Positions 1 to 9,579 of a DNA stretch of 64,000 nucleotides are shown here, piece by piece. The position numbers and the translations under genes were made by a program. Below the pieces are notes generated by a model. The model saw only the letters and a program-made list of their open reading frames with translations, did no database searches and was not told the DNA's origin. This stretch comes from a virus. The stretch lies in IMG/VR virus record IMGVR_UViG_3300032053_012801; one strand, 5' to 3'. Each line of letters begins with the position of its first letter. The first letter of the stretch is position 1.

Positions 1-673
1 TTTCTTCTAACATCTTTGCAGTCGGATCTTTAAGTCGTTGAATCAACGATGCTGCTACTTCATCAATATAACCACTTCTCGGAGTACTTAACATGCCGTG
101 CGGAGCAGTACTATAATCACCAAGTTGATCAATACCAAACATTGTCAATAATTTTGCAATCTTGTTTCTTGGTAACGTATGGGCTACTACATAATCTACA
201 CTACTATGTGCACTAATTGTGTGTAATGCTAATTCAAATTCTTCTTCTGATGGTATTTCCTGTTGCCACCATGATTCATTTTCAACTCGTCTATTTTTAT
301 CTGTGGTCATTGCACCGCCAAAACAGAAAAACGTCTTACCTTCAATAGTATAGACGTGACCAGTCTTCAAATAAAATATGCTATCATTTACTACACCAAC
401 TGGTCCACCAAATTTTTCAACTACATCAAGTTTATCGAGTCGATTGTAATTTTCATGATTACCGCCTATGAACAATGTTGTAAACGATTTTTCTGTCGTT
501 AACCATCTTGTCCAGTAAATTTCGGTTTCATCTGGTTCATCTTCCCATAACAAACCGAAATCACCGCAAATTATGACAACATCATCTTTGGTGAGATTTT
601 TAGCAGGAAACGAATCTGAAGCTAGTTTATCAATATCGCGAGGGCAGTGGATGTCACCAGTTATGAATATCAT
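1..673 (-). CDS. Calcineurin-like metallophosphoesterase (partial; C-terminus runs off the window start)
   Basis: Minus-strand translation from ATG at 673-671 reads MIFITGDIHCP...GDFG...GGNHEN, the metallophosphatase motifs GDxH/GDxxD/GNHE. No stop before position 1. The start overlaps the upstream gene's stop as ATGA. Confidence 0.6.
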   Translation of the reverse strand, partial: MIFITGDIHCPRDIDKLASDSFPAKNLTKDDVVIICGDFGLLWEDEPDETEIYWTRWLTTEKSFTTLFIGGNHENYNRLDKLDVVEKFGGPVGVVNDSIFYLKTGHVYTIEGKTFFCFGGAMTTDKNRRVENESWWQQEIPSEEEFELALHTISAHSSVDYVVAHTLPRNKIAKLLTMFGIDQLGDYSTAPHGMLSTPRSGYIDEVAASLIQRLKDPTAKMLEE

Positions 674-1149
674 TTGTTGATGCTAGTGCAATAATACCAA
701 CATTCACTTTTATTTTGAAGTTGCATGGTAATTGTTATGGGCATTCGATTTACTGTCCAAAGTTTAGATATACTGTCAAAATTGTAAAACAGTATTTTGT
801 ATGTCTTAGTTGTACAGGTACTATTGCCCCATGAAATGTAATTAACAACAGCTAAAACTACATCTTCACTGCCGTTCCTATACTGTTTGCGATGAATAAT
901 CGTGTTGCACAAATATACTGCATCACCTTTTGTCAATGCTTTAGTTGTAGAATCTAAACAAAAGACAGGACTGATTTCTAATGGTATGAAAGTATATACA
1001 AGCCGTGACTGATTGAACTTGTTAAACTCTGCTTGCTGCATCTTGTAATCTTTATCAATCAAATCAAATAGAGGTTGATAAGATCCGTAACATGTAGCGC
1101 ACAGTGCTACATTTGTCAATAAGTAAATTAACATTATGAGCTTTTTCAT
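670..1149 (-). CDS. hypothetical secreted protein (N-terminal signal peptide)
   Basis: 159-aa ORF with a hydrophobic N-terminus MKKLIMLIYLLTNVALCA. Confidence 0.45.
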   Translation of the reverse strand: MKKLIMLIYLLTNVALCATCYGSYQPLFDLIDKDYKMQQAEFNKFNQSRLVYTFIPLEISPVFCLDSTTKALTKGDAVYLCNTIIHRKQYRNGSEDVVLAVVNYISWGNSTCTTKTYKILFYNFDSISKLWTVNRMPITITMQLQNKSECWYYCTSINK

Positions 1150-1385
1150 ATTGCTCTTCTGAAATATGATACTAGATTCTGAACAGTGTTTATTTTTTGA
1201 TGAGCATCTTCTGGTATAATCATGTTAAGCTCATCTTCAATAGCCACTATTACATCTACTAAATCTATTGTGTTAACTGATAAGTCTTCGAATTTCGTAT
1301 GTAGTTGTATTAATGACTCTTCAATGTCAAAATGGTCTGCTAAAATTCTAATAATCTTAGCTTCAAGCGCATTCATGTACTTCAT
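1146..1385 (-). CDS. acyl-carrier-protein-like small acidic protein
   Basis: 79 aa and acidic. The DLSVNTIDLVDVIVAIEDEL segment resembles the ACP phosphopantetheine-Ser helix. Confidence 0.35.
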   Translation of the reverse strand: MKYMNALEAKIIRILADHFDIEESLIQLHTKFEDLSVNTIDLVDVIVAIEDELNMIIPEDAHQKINTVQNLVSYFRRAI

Positions 1386-1560
1386 CCATTAGATTGTGTT
1401 GTAAAACTTTTGTCGTGCCATCAAGTGTATTAAACCAAAGTAGTAATCTGTCATTTTGCACAGTAAAACAGTCGTACAAAGACTTATGTTCTCCGCATGG
1501 TTTGACATCTTTAAATTTGTCTTTAGCAGTTTGAATCAATTTTTCTTTAATGTGTTCCAT
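1363..1560 (-). CDS. hypothetical protein
   Basis: 65-aa ORF sitting in an overlapping gene chain. Confidence 0.3.
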   Translation of the reverse strand: MEHIKEKLIQTAKDKFKDVKPCGEHKSLYDCFTVQNDRLLLWFNTLDGTTKVLQHNLMDEVHECA

Positions 1561-2173
1561 CGATTATCCTATTTGGCAACCATTTTGTTTTCCAGTGATC
1601 ATCAGTTTTGACATGGGCTTTTCGAACCCATTTTGCTATATTAATACTCATCTTATCAACTGGAAATTCATCTACGTTCCTCACAACATAGCCTTCAATT
1701 TCATCACCAAATGCAGACTTCGTTGGTACTTTGAACGTAGCATCAAACATTCCCTTGTGCAAAATCGGCACATATTTCAAGTCAAGATAATCACAAATTT
1801 CAAGCGTGTCATGAACAGATAGAAAAAACTCACCTTCTAAATCGATTGCTGCAAATACATAGAAAAATGTTGATAGCTTGTCATAGAAAATACTATGCTT
1901 AGCATAGACATTTTCTCCTACAATTTGAATGTATTCGGGTATTTTCCACGCTATTTGAGCATGAAGTGATTTGACCCATGACTGAGATGGATGATGCGCG
2001 GACTCTTCGCTTCTAGCATGACACCCGTGTTTTTTCATTGACGTACATTCGCCATCTAACTTCTCAGTATAAATTACGTTCTCACCTATCAAACACTGGT
2101 CATTCTCAAGTATCTCGTCGTCATCTGAGATACTTTCAGAGTTAGCGAGGTGCCTAGTTCTAGGATACTTCAT
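1547..2173 (-). CDS. ATP-dependent RNA ligase-like nucleotidyltransferase (Rnl family)
   Basis: Carries KLDGE (nucleotidyltransferase motif I KxDG) and EGYVVRN (motif IV-like), plus a basic C-terminus. The 208-aa size is typical of small Rnl/DRB0094-type ligases. Confidence 0.55.
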   Translation of the reverse strand: MKYPRTRHLANSESISDDDEILENDQCLIGENVIYTEKLDGECTSMKKHGCHARSEESAHHPSQSWVKSLHAQIAWKIPEYIQIVGENVYAKHSIFYDKLSTFFYVFAAIDLEGEFFLSVHDTLEICDYLDLKYVPILHKGMFDATFKVPTKSAFGDEIEGYVVRNVDEFPVDKMSINIAKWVRKAHVKTDDHWKTKWLPNRIIDGTH

Positions 2174-2177
2174 ATGC

Positions 2178-2414
2178 CTACCTCAATCTCAACATTCTAC
2201 AGATTCTAGACCACAAACTCAGTCTTGATTGCGTAGAGTTTTCGGCATTTCTACGCCATCTCCTTACAACATACCAGTAGTCTTTATATTGTCTATGACA
2301 ATTCTTATAGGGACCGAACTGTAATTTCTTACCATTCATTTCAACGATAAGCAAATAACCCTTCGCATGTATATAATCAGCAGTATCTAAGTTAATGTGC
2401 CGAATTCTACTCAA
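2178..2414 (-). CDS. hypothetical protein
   Basis: 78-aa ORF. Confidence 0.3.
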   Translation of the reverse strand: MSRIRHINLDTADYIHAKGYLLIVEMNGKKLQFGPYKNCHRQYKDYWYVVRRWRRNAENSTQSRLSLWSRICRMLRLR

Positions 2415-2742
2415 TTTCTTTTATCTCGACTTTCAAATGTTTCATCATCCATTCAGCTACTAAATGTCTATGGCAAAACTTTCCAGATTTTTCCCAACAC
2501 AAAATCACAGCATCTTCACCAAGCTCTTCAAAAACCTGCTTTGGATCTAACTCATCTAACACTTCTTTTTGATACTGCAATTTATAGAATTCTTCATCAC
2601 CATCTAGTTTGTACTTCTTGAAAAACCAATACTTAGGTGCCAGCTTTTTGTACTGACGACCAGTAAACCAATCGGGAGCTTTTCCAGCTATGGATACTGC
2701 TTGTGGATGCTTCGAAGACTTTGCATAGTATGATGTTTGCAT
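2407..2742 (-). CDS. DUF488-family protein
   Basis: The pattern ...KAPDWF...ILCWEKSGKFCHRHLVAEW resembles the DUF488 conserved C-terminus (CHRhLlA). Confidence 0.45.
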   Translation of the reverse strand: MQTSYYAKSSKHPQAVSIAGKAPDWFTGRQYKKLAPKYWFFKKYKLDGDEEFYKLQYQKEVLDELDPKQVFEELGEDAVILCWEKSGKFCHRHLVAEWMMKHLKVEIKEIE

Positions 2743-2744
2743 TG

Positions 2745-3314
2745 CTAGTAGCGGGCAAAAGCAACTAGTGAAGTAAACTTATCTATCTTTGTATCATAAA
2801 CACTACCATAAATCTCTGTTAACGGGAAAATACTCAAAACTTGTTTGAGCTCTTCATACTTATAATGCCATTTGTGAAAGCCTCTAAATTCTTCTTGAGA
2901 TTTTGGATGATACGGAAAGACATCACCATTAGGTGTGGTAATAACCAATTCTTTTCCTCTTGTACGAATACTATCTATCAAACTAATAGCTTCATCGTGT
3001 AAGAAATGTTCGATAGACTCGACCATCACCACAATATCACAATCCTTAATATATTCTTTGAGATAATCTCCATTTGTAAAACCTAAATTACTCTGACCGA
3101 ACGTTGACTTTGCCTCATCAATAGCTTCTTGACAAGGATCATAACCTCTAACGAATCTCTTAGTATGTTGGGCCAATAGATACGTTCCGTGACCTATGCC
3201 ACAACCAATTTCAAGGATAGACTTGTCTTTGCAAAACGGTAATATTGATTTGTATCTCCACTGCGAACTCTCAATTTCATGACCTATTGTCGGCCGCTCA
3301 CCTGTGAAATTCAT
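2745..3314 (-). CDS. class I SAM-dependent methyltransferase
   Basis: Motif I ILEIGCGIGHGT followed by acidic DIVVMVESIEH (motif II/III-like). Confidence 0.6.
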   Translation of the reverse strand: MNFTGERPTIGHEIESSQWRYKSILPFCKDKSILEIGCGIGHGTYLLAQHTKRFVRGYDPCQEAIDEAKSTFGQSNLGFTNGDYLKEYIKDCDIVVMVESIEHFLHDEAISLIDSIRTRGKELVITTPNGDVFPYHPKSQEEFRGFHKWHYKYEELKQVLSIFPLTEIYGSVYDTKIDKFTSLVAFARY

Positions 3315-3345
3315 TTCTTGACTCTTTTACGTTTACTTTTGTAAA

Positions 3346-3419
3346 TATCCCGGGCGAGAATTGAACTCACAACCCCGAAATTAGAAATTTCGTGCTCTAT
3401 CCAATTGAGCTACCGGGAC
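3346..3419 (-). tRNA. tRNA-Arg (anticodon TCT)
   Basis: The reverse complement folds as a cloverleaf: acceptor GTCCCGG/CCGGGAT, D-arm GCTC..GAGC, anticodon stem CGAAA/TTTCG with loop TTTCTAA, T-arm GTGAG-TTCAATT-CTCGC. Confidence 0.8.
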
Positions 3420-3425
3420 GTTAAT

Positions 3426-3956
3426 CTACTTGGCTGCTACTATACACGTAAACTTAGATTCAAGTTTCTTATTTGACTTTACAATTTTAGCTTCTGCTTG
3501 CGCTTTTAACTCTGGAGAAATCTCTCTTAACTTTACAACTACACTTTTCATATTACTATAAAAAAGATATTCGGCCACTTGCCCAAACATATTAATACCA
3601 AAAAACCACCAACAACCAATCACACCATAACCAACATCAAGCAATAATGTCAAAATTCGTGAGACTTTATACGTAAGGCTGTCAATTGCCTTTTGCGACT
3701 CAACATATTTCTTATACTCATCTTGCTTCTTTTGACTTTGCATGTCAGCTATATTAATGTTTTTCAACACTAATGACATTACAACGGCGCCAATAAACAG
3801 TACAAGTATGCAAACTACGTTCCACACAAAGTAAATCTTTATCAAATTGTCAATGTACCAAATCTTGAGACCCAAAAGCTTATGAGCATACACTATACCA
3901 ACCATACAATATGTTAATAGTAACCATATATATCGATTAATCCTAATCTTTATCAT
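3426..3956 (-). CDS. hypothetical integral membrane protein
   Basis: 176 aa with several hydrophobic segments. Confidence 0.45.
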   Translation of the reverse strand: MIKIRINRYIWLLLTYCMVGIVYAHKLLGLKIWYIDNLIKIYFVWNVVCILVLFIGAVVMSLVLKNINIADMQSQKKQDEYKKYVESQKAIDSLTYKVSRILTLLLDVGYGVIGCWWFFGINMFGQVAEYLFYSNMKSVVVKLREISPELKAQAEAKIVKSNKKLESKFTCIVAAK

Positions 3957-4342
3957 TCAGTGACCTTGAAGTTATTTACAACGCAATTAAGTCGTACAAA
4001 ACTACCAGGCTTTGCAGGCTTAAAAGTCTGAACTGCTCGACCTCTAGTAAACTCAATTTTTGAACCATTAGCCATCACATATTCTTCTTTGTCTTTGACA
4101 TCATCGTATTTAACAAATATACCCATCATCAAAAGTAATGTATAGAGATTCTTAGGAATTACTTGCGTGCTATCGTTAGGATCTGCCTCAAACTCAATTG
4201 CATCTTCAGTTATTGTCTCGTCATGTTCTATCATGAGTCGATGTATTATTGAAGCGACTGTATTTTTTGAATTAGTCTGACCAATATATTGCTTCAATGA
4301 TTCACTAATTGCAGACTCTATTTGCTGAGTAACTGTTTCCAT
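3953..4342 (-). CDS. hypothetical protein
   Basis: 129-aa ORF that overlaps its neighbours at both ends. Confidence 0.4.
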   Translation of the reverse strand: METVTQQIESAISESLKQYIGQTNSKNTVASIIHRLMIEHDETITEDAIEFEADPNDSTQVIPKNLYTLLLMMGIFVKYDDVKDKEEYVMANGSKIEFTRGRAVQTFKPAKPGSFVRLNCVVNNFKVTE

Positions 4343-4587
4343 TTGTCAACTGTCTCTCTTCTTGTTAATTGAATTGCACCATTGTTAATAGCATCTTCTC
4401 TTCTTCTTGGTGTCAAATCAAAATGTAATAATCCCAATCTACTTTTTTGCAACCATTGTTCTTTAAGACCAATTGATTTTGCAAATTGTAATAGTTCTTG
4501 AATATCATCAGACCACATGTGACAACTTTTGGTCGTATGACCTCTTATCACAAATCCATGAGTACATAATGGATCAATATATGTCAT
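4318..4587 (-). CDS. DUF4031-family protein
   Basis: The pattern HMWSD..ELLQFAKSIGLKEQWLQ...HFDLT...AINNGA matches the DUF4031 pattern (HLvaD..eLh.FA..iGl.r.W.Q...HYDl). Confidence 0.45.
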   Translation of the reverse strand: MTYIDPLCTHGFVIRGHTTKSCHMWSDDIQELLQFAKSIGLKEQWLQKSRLGLLHFDLTPRRREDAINNGAIQLTRRETVDKWKQLLSK

Positions 4588-4590
4588 AAT

Positions 4591-4666
4591 TGGAGATTAC
4601 AGGATTCGAACCTGTCTGATATGCTGATTGCAGGTCAGCCGACCACTCCAAGCAGTCCCAATCCCC
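4591..4666 (-). tRNA. tRNA, probably Ala (anticodon TGC); cloverleaf partly irregular
   Basis: Acceptor GGGGATT/AATCTCC with G-T at 3-70. T-arm ACAGG-TTCGAAT-CCTGT. Anticodon stem GCTGA/TCAGC with loop CCTGCAA. The D-arm is weak and the variable loop has 7 nt. Confidence 0.45.
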
Positions 4667-4784
4667 AAATAAAACGGCCTTGACTATTATATCCTCAATA
4701 ACTCTATCGATTTACATAGACATGTGAAGCGATCAGCTTAATACTTACTTTATAAAGTTCATAATATCTTAAAGGAGGTCCAAT

Positions 4785-5717
4785 ATGATAGACCAACAAA
4801 TATTAGAACTTTACAACAGTGGCAATGTCACGGTGACAGCTCTAAATCAACAATTTGGTAAATTAGTCGTTAATCATGCATTGAAAAATAAACGACGATC
4901 ACCGCAAGCTGCTCAAAAAATAGCTAGAAAACTCTTACCAGAAAGTTACAAACTAACAGATGAAACAAAACAGAAAATATCTCAAATCAGAAAAAAATAT
5001 ATAGCTGACCATCCTGAAAAGATTCCATATTTTAATAAACCCCCAAGAGACAGTTGGCCTGAAAAAATATTTGAAAATGCTTTACAGCGACATAATATAA
5101 CTGATTGGGTTAAGCATTATAGAATCTTTAAATATGAATACGATTTTGCTTTTCCTTTACTAAAAATTGATGTCGAAATAGACGGCAGCATGCACAAAGA
5201 AGATAAAGACAAAATACGAGACGACTGGTCAAAGTCGCAACAATGGACAGTCATCAGATTTAAGGCAAAACACGTTTTGCGTGATGTCGAATCATGCATA
5301 AGTTTGCTAAAAAAATATCTTGAAAGCAATTCGCTTGATATACAGAGTCAAATAAACACATCATTCTTAGCAACAAAAGGTCAAAATCAACGGAACAGCT
5401 TTTCTCAAAACAATCAACTTGAAGCTTCGTCTTATATACAAAATCAAATAAACGAATCATTTTTAATGACAAGAACTCAAGGAGAACGAAATAAAATACT
5501 AAATCAGCAAAAACAGCAAGAAAAGAAACAAGCACATCAAAAATTACAGCAAGATAAAATCGATAAAATACTACAATCAGGTATTGACTTTTCAAGTTTT
5601 GGTTGGGTAAAACAAGTAGCTCATATGACTAACACTCTGCCACAAAAAGTTAACAAATGGATGAAGAAAAACATGCCTGACTTTTATGAAAACAACTGTT
5701 TTAAGCGTGCGCGCTAA
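4785..5717 (+). CDS. DUF559/Vsr-like endonuclease-domain protein (freestanding homing-endonuclease-like) with Gln-rich C-terminus
   Basis: Carries ...KIDVEIDGSMHKEDKDKIRDDWSKSQQWTVIRFKA, the DUF559 'ExDGxxH...R' core. It is the only plus-strand gene in a minus-strand block. Confidence 0.5.
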   Translation: MIDQQILELYNSGNVTVTALNQQFGKLVVNHALKNKRRSPQAAQKIARKLLPESYKLTDETKQKISQIRKKYIADHPEKIPYFNKPPRDSWPEKIFENALQRHNITDWVKHYRIFKYEYDFAFPLLKIDVEIDGSMHKEDKDKIRDDWSKSQQWTVIRFKAKHVLRDVESCISLLKKYLESNSLDIQSQINTSFLATKGQNQRNSFSQNNQLEASSYIQNQINESFLMTRTQGERNKILNQQKQQEKKQAHQKLQQDKIDKILQSGIDFSSFGWVKQVAHMTNTLPQKVNKWMKKNMPDFYENNCFKRAR

Positions 5718-6424
5718 TCTTCTCTAACATTGACATGTTTTTCAACATAATCCCTATTCTTTGAGAATATCGGTATTTGCAAATCAACTACATTGTCAAC
5801 AATACAAAAACCTCGTTTTCTTACTACAGGATACTTGTCAAAATTGATGCCCTTCTGAAACAACATTTCTTGAATATCATTACATGACTTCTGAAACAAA
5901 TCTTTGTGCGAATAATTCTCACGACCGGCCATCTGAATTGCATTGCGTGTTGCGTCGATTTGCCTCCAGATGAAATAATTAGTCACTTCATCTTGAGGTA
6001 CAGAAAATACTCTACTATCAAAGCATACATTCTTACCATAGAGCCTTGAGAACACACTGCTAGCTAATGAAGCTGAAATCGATATCATCTTACAGACATC
6101 ATAGTCAAACCACGAATCAGTTGTTATCGTCTTATAATCAGTCAATAGAAAACTAATCTCATCCGACTGACAATAACAAAATTTGCAACCTTGTATATCT
6201 TTAGCTACTACTTTCGCTGTTTCAATCATTTGGTCAACAAATTCCATTGACCATCCCTTACCAAACCTCTTGCGAGTAATAGTGTGAAATGCTCGGCCAT
6301 CTATTCTCAAAATCACTGGTATCCTGTGAGGCAACGTCCAGTGAAAACATGACTCGTAGCGTTTCATACGATCGCCAATAGATAATCCGTCAGACTTGCT
6401 CATGGTCTTATTCCTACTGTACAA
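5714..6424 (-). CDS. Thg1-like protein (tRNA-His guanylyltransferase family / tRNA 5'-end repair)
   Basis: ILRIDGRAFHTITRK... and ...CQSDEISFLL match the Thg1 signatures (RxDGxxFHxF and SDExSF). Confidence 0.65.
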   Translation of the reverse strand: MYSRNKTMSKSDGLSIGDRMKRYESCFHWTLPHRIPVILRIDGRAFHTITRKRFGKGWSMEFVDQMIETAKVVAKDIQGCKFCYCQSDEISFLLTDYKTITTDSWFDYDVCKMISISASLASSVFSRLYGKNVCFDSRVFSVPQDEVTNYFIWRQIDATRNAIQMAGRENYSHKDLFQKSCNDIQEMLFQKGINFDKYPVVRKRGFCIVDNVVDLQIPIFSKNRDYVEKHVNVRED

Positions 6425-6588
6425 ATTTTCGTTCTTGAGTCTGATACTTTATCTCAAAAGATTTTCCTGGCCAATTATATGGTTGTGCGATTTTACGACC
6501 ACATACAGGTCGATATTCATATGCAATCACATATAGTTGCTGGTCTTTCAAGTATTTGAATATCGTCACAATTGAACCTTTCAGATAA

Positions 6589-6664
6589 TGGTGGGCGCGG
6601 CAAGAGTTGAACTTGCGACTTCGTCCTTATCAGAGACGCACTCTGACCACTGAGTTACGCGCCC
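6589..6664 (-). tRNA. tRNA-Ile (anticodon GAT), CCA encoded
   Basis: Reverse complement reads GGGCGCG-TA-ACTC..GAGT-G-CGTCT-CTGATAA-GGACG-AAGTC-GCAAG-TTCAACT-CTTGC-CGCGCCC-A-CCA. Confidence 0.85.
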
Positions 6665-7044
6665 TAATTTACTATGAACAAGAATTTTGCATTTTTGTCT
6701 TGCTTTGTTTTTTCTTCATCATACTTCATTTTCGTCGCTACACCAGATAGTTCAGAACCAATCATTGACACGGGATTGAAGATTGCATGATGAAAGCTGG
6801 CTGGCACTGAAACAATTGATGAATCTGTCCACAATGGTCGATGTTCAAACTCAATTCTTGGCATTGAAAATTCATCGTATCGTCTTGCCATTAATGGCGC
6901 ATTAATGCGATCTGACCAGTCATGAAGCGCTCGTAAAATATCGCTTTGCACATTTTGCGTTAATTCAGCTTGAAACTGTCCAGTATGAACTTGCCCAGGA
7001 AAAAATGCATCATTGTTTCTATTGACTATCATTTCTTCAGGCAT
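6664..7044 (-). CDS. hypothetical protein
   Basis: 126-aa ORF. Confidence 0.4.
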   Translation of the reverse strand: MPEEMIVNRNNDAFFPGQVHTGQFQAELTQNVQSDILRALHDWSDRINAPLMARRYDEFSMPRIEFEHRPLWTDSSIVSVPASFHHAIFNPVSMIGSELSGVATKMKYDEEKTKQDKNAKFLFIVN

Positions 7045-7924
7045 TTTTCAATCTTTCTAATATAGACTTTGCAGTTTCAAAGTCGCAATCTTTCTGTCTT
7101 TTAGCTTTACGTTCAGATTCAAACCTAATACTATTAATATCAATATACTGCATTACAATTGCATAAAATACATGACAACCACAAACTAGTACTAATTTGT
7201 TTGGATAGTCATGTAAAAAAACCTCATGTCTATTTTTGTCATTTGTTGTTAAAAAGTTCTTGATTTCAATATAAATATCATTTACATAAAAATCCGGTGT
7301 ATAATGTCGACCGTCACTAAGTTTGAACGTTTTTGGTTCGTATTGCCAATTTAATTTCTCATAATTCAATATACGCGCAAAATCAGCTTCCCATGATGAC
7401 TTAAATTTAATTGTTTGATGAACATCTTTTCTAACGCCGACTATACCATGCATTGCCTTATGTGAAGTCGGCTTACTGCAAATACTTAACCATTTTTCTC
7501 TATTTTGAGGCAAACAGTTTCTATAAGACATCGCACATGATCTATTACAACATTTTTGATTTTTTCTTTTAGACTTAAATAATGTTTTACAATTAGCGCA
7601 TTCATGATCAAACAATACTTTTTCTTTTTTTCTACCTTTACTTTTATTCTGTTCTTCAGTGAAAACATGTACGTTTGCACAGCCTCTACTACAAAAACGG
7701 TTATGCTTATCTCTATAAGAACCATTCCTCTTAATATATCTTTTTACTTCGAATGGTTTATTGCATCGTTCGCATAATCTAGTTATTTTAGTTACTTCAA
7801 CTATATCATTTGGCCGACTCTCATTTAATAATTTTTGATCACGTTTATGCACAAACGCAATATGTGCGCCAAGCTTTTGACCAGTATCAAAGTCTTTACC
7901 GCAAGTGACACATTGATGATTCAT
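7037..7924 (-). CDS. zinc-finger protein with C-terminal endonuclease-like domain (possible homing endonuclease)
   Basis: Multiple CxxC/C2H2-like pairs (CVTCGKDFDTGQKLGAHIAFVH). The C-terminal HYTPDFYVNDIYIEIKN resembles a small nuclease fold. Confidence 0.3.
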   Translation of the reverse strand: MNHQCVTCGKDFDTGQKLGAHIAFVHKRDQKLLNESRPNDIVEVTKITRLCERCNKPFEVKRYIKRNGSYRDKHNRFCSRGCANVHVFTEEQNKSKGRKKEKVLFDHECANCKTLFKSKRKNQKCCNRSCAMSYRNCLPQNREKWLSICSKPTSHKAMHGIVGVRKDVHQTIKFKSSWEADFARILNYEKLNWQYEPKTFKLSDGRHYTPDFYVNDIYIEIKNFLTTNDKNRHEVFLHDYPNKLVLVCGCHVFYAIVMQYIDINSIRFESERKAKRQKDCDFETAKSILERLKNA

Positions 7925-7993
7925 ATCTACCTCCTAAATTCTTATCGAACTATAAAGCTAATAGATATGATTGAACATCAACGACATTAAATA

Positions 7994-8066
7994 AGCCGGT
8001 GCAGAGACTCGAACTCTGAACAACAAAATTACAAATTTTGCCCTCTACCAATTGAGGTACGCCGGC
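7994..8066 (-). tRNA. tRNA-Thr (anticodon TGT)
   Basis: Reverse complement reads GCCGGCG-TA-CCTC..GAGG-G-CAAAA-TTTGTAA-TTTTG-TTGTT-CAGAG-TTCGAGT-CTCTG-CACCGGC-T. Confidence 0.85.
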
Positions 8067-8067
8067 A

Positions 8068-8679
8068 TTATTCTTGTAATACCACATTCCAGTAGATGTA
8101 ATCCACCCACGTTTCGTGTGGTATTTCACCTGCCAACCTGCTAACCAAATGTGCAGGAGCTGCTTTGTCAAGTTTTGGCGCAAAAGGCTGTCGAATCAAA
8201 GCTCTCTTGTAGTCAGAGATTGATTTGTGACCTTTTTGACCATTACAACGAATACAGCTAACTACGATATTTTCCCAGCAGCTTTTACCACCACGACTTC
8301 TCGGTATTACGTGGTCAAAAGTAAAACCTGAAAGTGATACTTTCTTACCACAATACATGCAACATCCGGCATCACGAATGTATACATTCTGTCGACTGAA
8401 TGGCAATACCTTAACATACTTCTTGGGTATGTATTCAGAATGTATACATCGAATAACTGACGGAATAGGCATTGAAATCCAGTTACTAGTAGATTTCGCA
8501 ACCAATTTGTCAGTGATAACAGTATTCGATGACCGAACTAAAGTATTTTCGTAGTTGGCCATAGCAACTGCCTTTTCAGAAGCTACTAATACAATAGCTC
8601 GCCTCGAACTAACCAGTGATACTGGAGTTGACCAGCTGTTTAATACTAATGTTTGTAAAGACGTCATCTTGTACCTCAA
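8068..8679 (-). CDS. HNH endonuclease
   Basis: CCMYCGKKVSLSGFTFDHVIPRSRGGKSCWENIVVSCIRCNGQKGHK is the HNH motif. The gene sits between tRNA-Thr and tRNA-Met. Confidence 0.7.
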   Translation of the reverse strand: MRYKMTSLQTLVLNSWSTPVSLVSSRRAIVLVASEKAVAMANYENTLVRSSNTVITDKLVAKSTSNWISMPIPSVIRCIHSEYIPKKYVKVLPFSRQNVYIRDAGCCMYCGKKVSLSGFTFDHVIPRSRGGKSCWENIVVSCIRCNGQKGHKSISDYKRALIRQPFAPKLDKAAPAHLVSRLAGEIPHETWVDYIYWNVVLQE

Positions 8680-8686
8680 TAGAAAG

Positions 8687-8760
8687 TGCTGCAGGGCAGA
8701 GTCGGACTGCCGATCTTTGCCTTATGAGGGCAACGTCTTAGCCAACTGGACTACTGCAGC
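8687..8760 (-). tRNA. tRNA with anticodon CAT (Met elongator or Ile2 type)
   Basis: Reverse complement reads GCTGCAG-TA-GTCC..AGAC-G-TTGCC-CTCATAA-GGCAA-AGATC-GGCAG-TCCGACT-CTGCC-CTGCAGC-A. There is no GGG/CCC in the anticodon stem, so it is not initiator-like. Confidence 0.75.
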
Positions 8761-8771
8761 GATTGTTCAAT

Positions 8772-8806
8772 AAAAAAGCCTCGTCGAAGTTAATCGGCGA
8801 GGCTTT
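8772..8806. terminator. bidirectional rho-independent terminator hairpin
   Basis: aaaaaa-GCCTCG-tcgaagttaat-CGAGGC-ttt: a GC stem flanked by an A-run and a T-run. Confidence 0.5.
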
Positions 8807-9045
8807 AACAAATTGAATTTGAAAAAGCCTCGCTATGGTGTTTGTCCCATTCTAATTGTCGCATCATGGGCGACTGCACATACATTACCTGTATTACTAC
8901 GGGTAATAGAAAATGACCATTTTGGTAGATACTTTGACATTGGATATTTGCCTTTTGTGTCCTTAAACAATAATCACGTTAAATATCGTAGTGTTTCCAC
9001 ACTTATACATTTAATCTGTAATTGTTGTTCTTATCAACAAATGAT

Positions 9046-9579
9046 TCAAAAGGGCAAATAGTAACCAAAAGCATCATCGCATGTTTGTTCCAGAGTGTCA
9101 TGTATCGGAACTTCTGGACAATCTTTCAAGAATCTATATACTATGTATCTACGACCTGAAAAGTCTTTGTGAATACCAAGAGCTATGTCTGTTTTGTTTT
9201 GCTCGTACTTATACTTCCATTCACTAAGTTCAAATCTAGTAGTTTGAGCAAATGCGCGCTTACAATCGTGCTCATCTTCATTTGCTAACCAAAACAAAAT
9301 TACGCCATTAGCAGCTGCTCGGTTCAACCAGAAGCATTCCCAATCTACTTGTTCATTATACTTCTTAGTCCTAAATTCAGTATCAATAGTTAATCTTCGC
9401 GGTGAAGCAATGTGAAAATTACTTTCACTTATTGAATAGTTAAAACTATTCAATAACCGTTTTGACAAGTAATCGATAGCTTGTGATTGCCAATCAAATG
9501 TGCCTTGAATTGGTCCTGCAAGAAATACTACAAAGTCATCTTTTGATATCCTTGGACGTTCAGGTGGTCGAATAATCAT
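9046..9579 (-). CDS. nucleoside 2-deoxyribosyltransferase-like protein
   Basis: N-terminal FVVFLAGPIQG resembles the NDT-family motif (Y/F-LAGP). Confidence 0.35.
   Translation of the reverse strand: MIIRPPERPRISKDDFVVFLAGPIQGTFDWQSQAIDYLSKRLLNSFNYSISESNFHIASPRRLTIDTEFRTKKYNEQVDWECFWLNRAAANGVILFWLANEDEHDCKRAFAQTTRFELSEWKYKYEQNKTDIALGIHKDFSGRRYIVYRFLKDCPEVPIHDTLEQTCDDAFGYYLPF

Noticed and set aside
1550-1822. Plus-strand ORF 1550..1822
   Set aside because: It is fully embedded antisense in the Rnl-like gene 1547..2173, which has recognisable ligase motifs.
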